Shown here: positions 58,997-61,086 of the stretch, piece by piece | Numbering within the stretch: the first letter of the stretch is position 1 | Layout: each line of letters opens with the position of its first letter | Source: a virus | Lineage: Duplodnaviria > Caudoviricetes | Length of the DNA: 61,086 nucleotides | Virus record (IMG/VR): IMGVR_UViG_3300028837_001401 | Location: 1 to 61,086 of that record | Reading direction: 5' to 3' (one strand) | Program-made: the position numbers and the translations under genes | Notes under the pieces: model-generated | Told to the model about the DNA's origin: nothing | Databases searched by the model: none | The model's input: only the letters and a program-made list of their open reading frames with translations

Positions 58997-59892
58997 AATT
59001 CTTTTTTTCAATCAGCATGACAGTGTGCTCCACGGTCGGTGTTATGATTCATTTATAAATGCTTACTGTTTAAGCCGACTGGGGTACACGGTGATCTATG
59101 TCTCGGACAGGAGGCAGGATTTCATCCAGGGCTTTTACGAAGGGCCTTTGTATTCCTACGAGGATCTGTTTGACGATAGTATTGAGAAGCGAGAGAGTAA
59201 ATTACAGCCGTCGCTTCACGTCTATATGTCCCGACTGAAGGCTGATAGCATAAAGGACATAGTTGACAAGCACGGTGGAACAATAGATCAAGTGTGGGTC
59301 AGTGGCGACGCTGACTGGGCGGGATTTGCGAATCAGGTCTCGGTCTGGTATAACGCCCCATTGATACATGGTGACAGAGGAGATTTATCTCCCTGTGTGA
59401 ATCAGATTCAACTGGGACATGTATTGAGCACAACAGACCGGAAGAAACGAGTAATCTCTTGTGCTGATGGCTACACAAGGCGAGAATGCCTGGACTTGAT
59501 CCATGTGGTAAAGACACTACGGGATCGGGGCATCAGGGATCTCGGTCTGTACCTTGTAGGGCGGAGGGTGCAAAATATGGCGGAAATGCTGGATGAGTTC
59601 AGTGACTTCCATATAGTGCACCATACTACCGACAGGGGAAGGATGAGAGCCATCCGAGAAAGTATGGTATATGTGCAGGGGGTCGGGAGTATTCGGCAAT
59701 GCCCTGATGTGTGAGTGTTTTGGCGATATTCCACCAGATACGCATCAAATTTCTCGTATATTATGCGATGTAAGTGTCTGGCAGAAAATGAGCAAAGGAG
59801 CAAGTGCTGAGGGGAAGAAATATGGTTTTGCCCGGCGGATGCTGGATTTATATATTTCCTTCTCTGGTGCTCTGGAGGAGTTAGAAGCATAA
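58989..59892 (+). CDS. GT-B (GT4-like) glycosyltransferase-like gene, apparently broken by a frameshift at G5 run 59678-59682
   Basis: KILFFN...LSRLGYTV.YV, LYLVG; the +1 frame continues GSGVFGNALMCEC and couples (TAATG) to the next gene. Confidence 0.45.
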
Positions 59893-60305
59893 TGGAAAAA
59901 ACCCAGTGCGTATATCAAGCACTCAGACGGAGATTGACAAACAGTGCGACTCTGGCGGGTATGGTGGTTACAACAGCCATGACTGTGGAGGGCAAGAATG
60001 CCCGCTCCACCTATCCTGCCATAACGTTTCGGGTCATTTCTGGCACAGGGAAATCGTTCAAGAACCTCACGGCCGGCGATATATACATTTCTGTGTGGTC
60101 AAGATCTGATAACTATGCCAGACAGCTTGCGTCGATTTATGGTGTTGTGTATGACAACCTCCACGAATGTGAGGCAAGTCTGAGCACAACTAACCTTGGT
60201 GTGGGGCTGATGGCTGAAGAAACAGTCAATTACCCCTTGTATGAACAGGATATAGACACACACTATTTAGCTTCCCGATGGAGGATCGTTGCGCAAAAGC
60301 GATAA
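59892..60305 (+). CDS. tail terminator-like protein
   Basis: YQALRRRL....LA, YPAITF, ISVWS; precedes the tail tube gene. Confidence 0.7.
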   Translation: MEKTQCVYQALRRRLTNSATLAGMVVTTAMTVEGKNARSTYPAITFRVISGTGKSFKNLTAGDIYISVWSRSDNYARQLASIYGVVYDNLHECEASLSTTNLGVGLMAEETVNYPLYEQDIDTHYLASRWRIVAQKR

Positions 60306-60336
60306 ACACGGGAAGGCTGAGGAGATGATTTTATAA

Positions 60337-60867
60337 ATGGCTGGATTCGTTCAGCAGGACGGCAAGATATATGTCGGCACAACAGGTGTTGCTGCATCTG
60401 GTTTGGTGACGACTGCGAACTTGCTTGCCGAGCTGAAAGGAAATGTATCAATTGAGGCAACTTGGGAGAAAGCCGAGTCGAGGTGGAGGACACGAGCTGT
60501 CAAAGATCGCTATGCTTATGCGGTTGACGCCCAGATCAACGTTGAGGAGTTAGAGTTCAAAGGCTCTAACCTCTCTAAATTGATGACTGGTGCATCAACA
60601 GGATCAGTGGCAATGTTTGGAACAACGGCCACTGGAACTTTCTGGCGACTGACGACGTCCACCGCTCCGAAGCGGTTGCAGTTTGTCTTCCAGTTCACAA
60701 AGACTGATGATAGCAAACGCTTCCAGGTCTATGCTCCTAAAGCGGAAGTGGAAAACTTCCCGGCACCGTTTGCCGTGGATGATTTCACACTTCAGAATCT
60801 CACTTTCCAGCTTATGGCAACTAGCGCAGGAACTCTCATAGAGTTCCGGCAGGAGAATGCGGCATAA
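60337..60867 (+). CDS. major tail tube protein
   Basis: 176 aa, GKIYVG, beta-rich; position; downstream terminator. Confidence 0.68.
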   Translation: MAGFVQQDGKIYVGTTGVAASGLVTTANLLAELKGNVSIEATWEKAESRWRTRAVKDRYAYAVDAQINVEELEFKGSNLSKLMTGASTGSVAMFGTTATGTFWRLTTSTAPKRLQFVFQFTKTDDSKRFQVYAPKAEVENFPAPFAVDDFTLQNLTFQLMATSAGTLIEFRQENAA

Positions 60868-60881
60868 GCTGGATTTTCAAC

Positions 60882-60919
60882 GGTCTGTGTACCTGCTGGC
60901 GCACAGACCACTTTTATTT
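60882..60919 (+). terminator. terminator-like hairpin
   Basis: GGTCTGTG...CACAGACC then ACTTTTATTT. Confidence 0.6.
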
Positions 60920-60934
60920 CAAGGTGGTGAAGGG

Positions 60935-61086
60935 TTGGCGGAACTAATAGTTGAAGGTCTCAAGGAGCTTCTGGGGAAGATAGATAAACTCCCCGATGCC
61001 TACCTGAAGGCTATAGGTGGAGTAATGGATAACGAACTCCGTAAGACCGTGAATCACATTAAAGTGGAGTACTCCCGCCCGAATAC
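60935..61086 (+). CDS. partial tail-completion (HK97 gp10-like) protein, runs off the window
   Basis: own translation from TTG: MAELIVEGLKELLGKIDKLP... Confidence 0.5.
   Translation, partial: MAELIVEGLKELLGKIDKLPDAYLKAIGGVMDNELRKTVNHIKVEYSRPN

Noticed and set aside
1-61086. Minus-strand ORFs in the six-frame track
   Set aside because: All overlap well-supported plus-strand genes and show no recognisable motifs
1-61086. Stop-codon reassignment
   Set aside because: Conserved genes are full length in the standard code, all three stops are used, and no suppressor tRNA is present

Overview
The window is about 61 kb of a tailed (siphovirus-like) phage or prophage genome, with all credible genes on the + strand. 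Gene order: recombination/replication module (split Cas4-like nuclease, RusA-like resolvase, DnaN clamp, O-like initiator with iterons, primase-helicase); a long accessory region of small ORFs interleaved with sugar-pathway enzymes (two TIGR04372-like glycosyltransferases, HldE-like cytidylyltransferase/kinase, two-gene transketolase, radical SAM enzymes); an apparent two-gene sigma factor; DNA methyltransferases; terminase; three tRNAs; portal, scaffold and major capsid. About 10 kb of nonulosonic (sialic-type) acid biosynthesis and transfer genes (Maf, NeuA, KdsC-like, NeuB, NanE, B12 radical SAM, GT9) then sit inside the head module, followed by head-tail joining and tail tube genes. The most striking candidate system is phage-encoded sialic-acid-type glycosylation of the virion. 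Other notable signals are a 21-bp palindrome in four intergenic sites, a nuclease gene split by an HNH gene between two CxxC knuckles, a terminase whose catalytic C-terminus lies in another frame, and a YopX gene interrupted by an insert bounded by 32-bp direct repeats. All family assignments are by-eye motif recognition; no database search was run.
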